Source: Callorhinchus milii
Lineage: Eukaryota
Reading direction: 5' to 3'
DNA length: 64,000 nucleotides
Assembly: GCF_018977255.1 (NCBI RefSeq)
Contig: NW_024704742.1
Coordinates: forward strand, 67,582,001 to 67,646,000
The notes under the pieces are model-generated. The model made no database searches and was not told the origin of the DNA. It saw only the letters and a program-made list of their open reading frames with translations. The stretch's first letter is position 1; each line of letters starts with the position of its first letter. A program made the position numbers and the translations under genes. This document shows, piece after piece, positions 60,695 to 64,000 of the stretch.

Positions 60695-62781
60695 CCGGGA
60701 TCTCCAACCAGTCAATTATGGCGAGATGGTGCTCTCGCTCATGATCAAAGTGACAGAATGGTGGACCGATATAACTACATCGTTATCAAGTCAAATTGAA
60801 ACCAAACCCAAATGCACCAAGTATTTCTTGCATCTCAAACTAAAAATAGAAACTGTAATATTAAATACGTTTTTTTGCCTCAGTTTTTAGTAAAGAGATG
60901 GGAAATTTATTGGATCTGGAAAGAGAACTCAGTGATGTTGCAAAGGCAAGTTGTGACACTGTACATATCACTACCAGCATGGTTGCCAAACATTTTTGCA
61001 AACTTAAAGTAAACAAATCCCAAGGGCTGGATAAATTGCATCCAAGGATCCTTAAGGAACTGAGGGAGGAAATTGCAGGACCTCTGGCACAAAACTTTCA
61101 GAAATCACTGGATACTGAAGAGGTGCCTAGGGACTGGAGAAAAGCAGACATTACTCTTATTTTTAAAAAAGGTAGCAAGGGTGACTCAGGAAACTACAGA
61201 CCAGTGAGTTTGATGTACATTGTGGGTAAAGTTATGAAGACTTTTGTTAAAAATAAGATCATGGAGCATCTGGACAGTAATAAAATGATAAAAGATAGCC
61301 AATATGGGTTTATGAAAGGGAGATCCTGCCAAACTAATTTACTGTTTTTCTTTGACTGTGTGACAAAGGAGCTTGACAAGGGTAAGGCAGTGGATGTTGT
61401 ATATCTGGATTTCAGTAAGGCCTTTGAACGTTCCTCATGAAAGGTTGGTAATGAATATACAGTCAATTAACTTTACAGTATATTCTGCAAAGCGCTTTGA
61501 GACGTCTTGAAGACGTGATAAGGTGCTACATCAAATGATTATTATATTATTACTCAAAATAAAGAAATCGGGAATCAGTGGACATATCTTGCAATGGATT
61601 CATAATTGACTGACCGATAGAATCCAGAGGTGGTGGGTGGTACAGGGAATGTCATCAGGCTGGGAGAATGTTACCAGTGGAGTTCCACAGGGGTGTGTTT
61701 TGGGACCTCCTTTATTTAACACCTTCATGAACAACCTGGAGCCTAGAGTCACAAGCACAGTGGCTAAATTTGTAGATGACACAAAGCTAGTGAAAGTGGT
61801 AAACTGCAAGATGAACAGGGTAGGTTATCGGAGGCCTTGAACATTCTTGGGAATTGGGCAGATTGAAGGCAGATGAAATTTAATGTAGAAAAATGCAAAC
61901 TGCCTTATATAGGAACAAAAGTTCCAGGAAGGGACTATTATTTAAATGTTAAGAAATAATAAGTACGGAAAATGAAAAGGACCTGGGGATCCTGATTAAT
62001 AATAAAATGAAGCTATCCCAACAGTGCTCGGTAGCAGTGAGTAAGAAAAAACAGAATGCTAGGCTGTATTAAAAGGGCAACATTGAGCCGAAATAGTGGG
62101 GTAACCTGCCACTTTACAAATTACTGGTACAACCTCACTTGGAATATTGTGTGCAGTTCTGATCACCGCAATATAAAAAGGATATTACAGCAATTGAATG
62201 AGAGGATACAGAGGAGGGCAACCAAAATGATTGAGGGGATGGAGGGATTGGATATATCACTACCAGCATGGTTGCCGAAGCGATTAGATAAACTGGGCAT
62301 GTTCACACTGGAGAATAGAAGGTTGAGGGGCAATATGATTGCGGTCCTTAGGATTCTGAAGGCAATAGATGATGTAGACCATGATAAGCTGTTTGATCTT
62401 GTACTGAACACTAGAACCAGAGGACATGGCCTATGACTGAAGGGGGGTAAATTCAGAACAAATCTGCGGAAACACTATTTCAGTGAGCGAGTAGTAAACT
62501 TATGGGAGACCGTGGAAACAGAAAATATCATTTGTTTCAAGAACAAATTAAGATAGATTTCTGCTAGAAAATAATATCTCAGGATACATTATATAGTTTG
62601 GGACATGACATGTCAAGCGACTGCCAAGATGGTGGAAGGCGAACTGGATCGACCTTGGTCTTCTTGCACCTAGCAAATTCTTATGTTCTTATAAACTGCA
62701 GTAAATATCACTCCTTCCTCTTGTTTTTATTGAGCATGCGCAAGATGTCACCGAGCGTGATCGACCAGTTGGAGACTCCTG
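60695..62781. mobile_element. hAT-type MITE split in two (about 60695-60785 and 62700-62781) by a CR1 insertion
   Basis: Ends ccgggatctccaacc / gttggagactcctg; 8-bp target duplication atttagag (60687-60694) / gtttagag (62782-62789). Confidence 0.8.
60790..62690 (+). mobile_element. CR1 LINE, 5'-truncated, with a SINE tail inserted at about 61455-61552
   Basis: KSQGLDKLHPRILKE, NYRPVSL, YLDFSKAF, SGVPQGCVLGPPLF, FVDDTKL, TRTRGH motifs; ends with ttcttatgttctta. Confidence 0.96.
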
Positions 62782-62966
62782 GTTTAGAGTATTGCATATT
62801 GTTCTGGTTGCCATGACATAAAGAGACCACTCAGGCACTAGAGGTTGTGAAGACCAATAAGTATGACCCTCCACAAAAAGACGAATTGAGCTATGAGGGA
62901 TGATTGATGCATTTCATCTCTAGATTCAAACTAAATTAATTGTATTGGAGTCATTTATTTACTTAC

Positions 62967-63022
62967 GACATGTGTACATCTAACCTCAGAATGCCTTTTA
63001 CGATGAATCCAGCTTTCGCCAT
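62967..63022 (-). CDS. st3gal7: Sialyltransferase first coding exon, CDS part (MAKAGFIVKGILRLDVHM+S, cytoplasmic tail); whole exon about 62967-63106
   Basis: Minus strand: polypyrimidine acceptor ctctttctttccag before 63106. ATG at 63022 in strong Kozak context (AGAATGG) with an in-frame TAA two codons upstream. Donor GTAAGT after 62967. Phase 2 matches the next exon. Weakest-supported exon because there is no recognisable homology here. Confidence 0.7.
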
Positions 63023-63197
63023 TCTTTACCGTCACGGCCAGTTTTGAATTTCCAGAAATTTAGAGAGAAACTTCTGTACTACAGTAAATCCTCTGAACCT
63101 GCACAGCTGGAAAGAAAGAGAGATTACTTAAGAGACTGTGGTTAGAACTATACTTTTTATCTACAACTTGTCTGCAAACAGAATCTAGACTATGTTG

Positions 63198-63575
63198 TCT
63201 TCAAAGCCCTCCTTGGGCTTGCTCACCCCTCCGTCTGCAACTTCCTAACCCCCTACCAACCTGCCCACTCCCTCCGCTCAGCGGGCTCAGGCCTGCTTCA
63301 CGTTTTCCGCCTTGTCTGCCCCACCATTGACGGGAGGGTCTTCTGCACTCTGCCCCATCCTCTGGAACTCCATCCTAAAGACCCTCCCCCTCCCCACCTT
63401 CCTTGCCTCCTTCAAGACCCTCCTCTTTAACCATACATTCGGTCACCCTCCTTCGCCCCTGCCCCCACACTCCCCGATCCTGATCCCCAGCTTGGGTACA
63501 AAACACTGACTGCCCAGCACCTTGGGATGTCCTCCTTACGTGAAAGGCGCTATACAAATGTAATTTTGTTGTTGT
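63198..63575 (+). mobile_element. L2 3' end (followed by a CR1 fragment at about 63610-63860)
   Basis: LWNSI.KTL motif and (ttg)n tail. Confidence 0.88.
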
Positions 63576-64000
63576 TAAATAATTTAATTTCGTACTCAAG
63601 CTATATATTCTGATGTTCATGCTGAAAAAGAGAAGATTGAGAGGCAACATGATTGCCATCTTTAAGATTCTAAAGGGGTTAGACAATATAGATCATGACA
63701 TGTCCAGAATAGTAAAATTAGAGGACACGGCCTGCGATTGAAGGGGGGTAAATTCAGAACGAATCTACGCAAATACTATTTCAGGGAACGAATAGGCTCC
63801 CTAGGGAGATGGTTGAAGCAGGAAGTGTTGATTCTTTCAAACATAGATTAGATAACAAACAATAATAAGTTGGTCACTTTCAATCCACGACTGCTTTGTG
63901 CAATTCTACTGTGTTTCGCCTACAAATATACAGTCAGTTCACTTTACAGCATATTGTGTGATGCACTTTGAGACGTCTAGAAGATGTGAAAAGCGCTATA

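Noticed and set aside
1..64000. CRISPR array, rRNA genes or prokaryotic operon-like systems
   Set aside because: No regularly spaced repeat-spacer array and no rRNA similarity were seen; the recurring motifs are dispersed eukaryotic SINE and LINE copies.

Overview
Vertebrate genomic DNA. The repeat complement (L2 and CR1 LINEs, a tRNA-headed SINE with an L2-type tail, Deu-domain SINEs, a Penelope-type terminal fragment) suggests a cartilaginous fish; this is inference. One protein-coding gene could be assembled by hand on the minus strand: a GT29 alpha-2,3-sialyltransferase of the ST3GAL5/ST3GAL7 group, most likely the ST3GAL5 paralogue st3gal7. It has six coding exons (62967-63022, 60027-60147, 54856-55199, 53575-53761, 47002-47160, 42844-43107), all GT-AG with matching phases, giving 1131 nt or 376 aa plus stop, with sialylmotifs L, S, III and VS intact. 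A probable long 3' UTR runs to about 37.8 kb. The left 37 kb is intergenic and repeat-rich, with several enhancer-like islands. The most notable unexplained signals are: (1) a compact CpG-rich CCAAT/GC-box/CRE promoter inside the last intron of the gene, next to a 2.6-kb compound microsatellite; (2) eight ETS sites in 235 bp, partly arranged as inverted pairs; (3) a degenerate minimal hammerhead ribozyme motif inserted into a SINE; (4) a multi-copy ~165-bp palindromic element; (5) a 1.7-kb duplication across an N-gap that falsely duplicates part of an exon. Most ORFs in the supplied track are LINE/SINE remnants or microsatellite read-through. Repeat boundaries are approximate.
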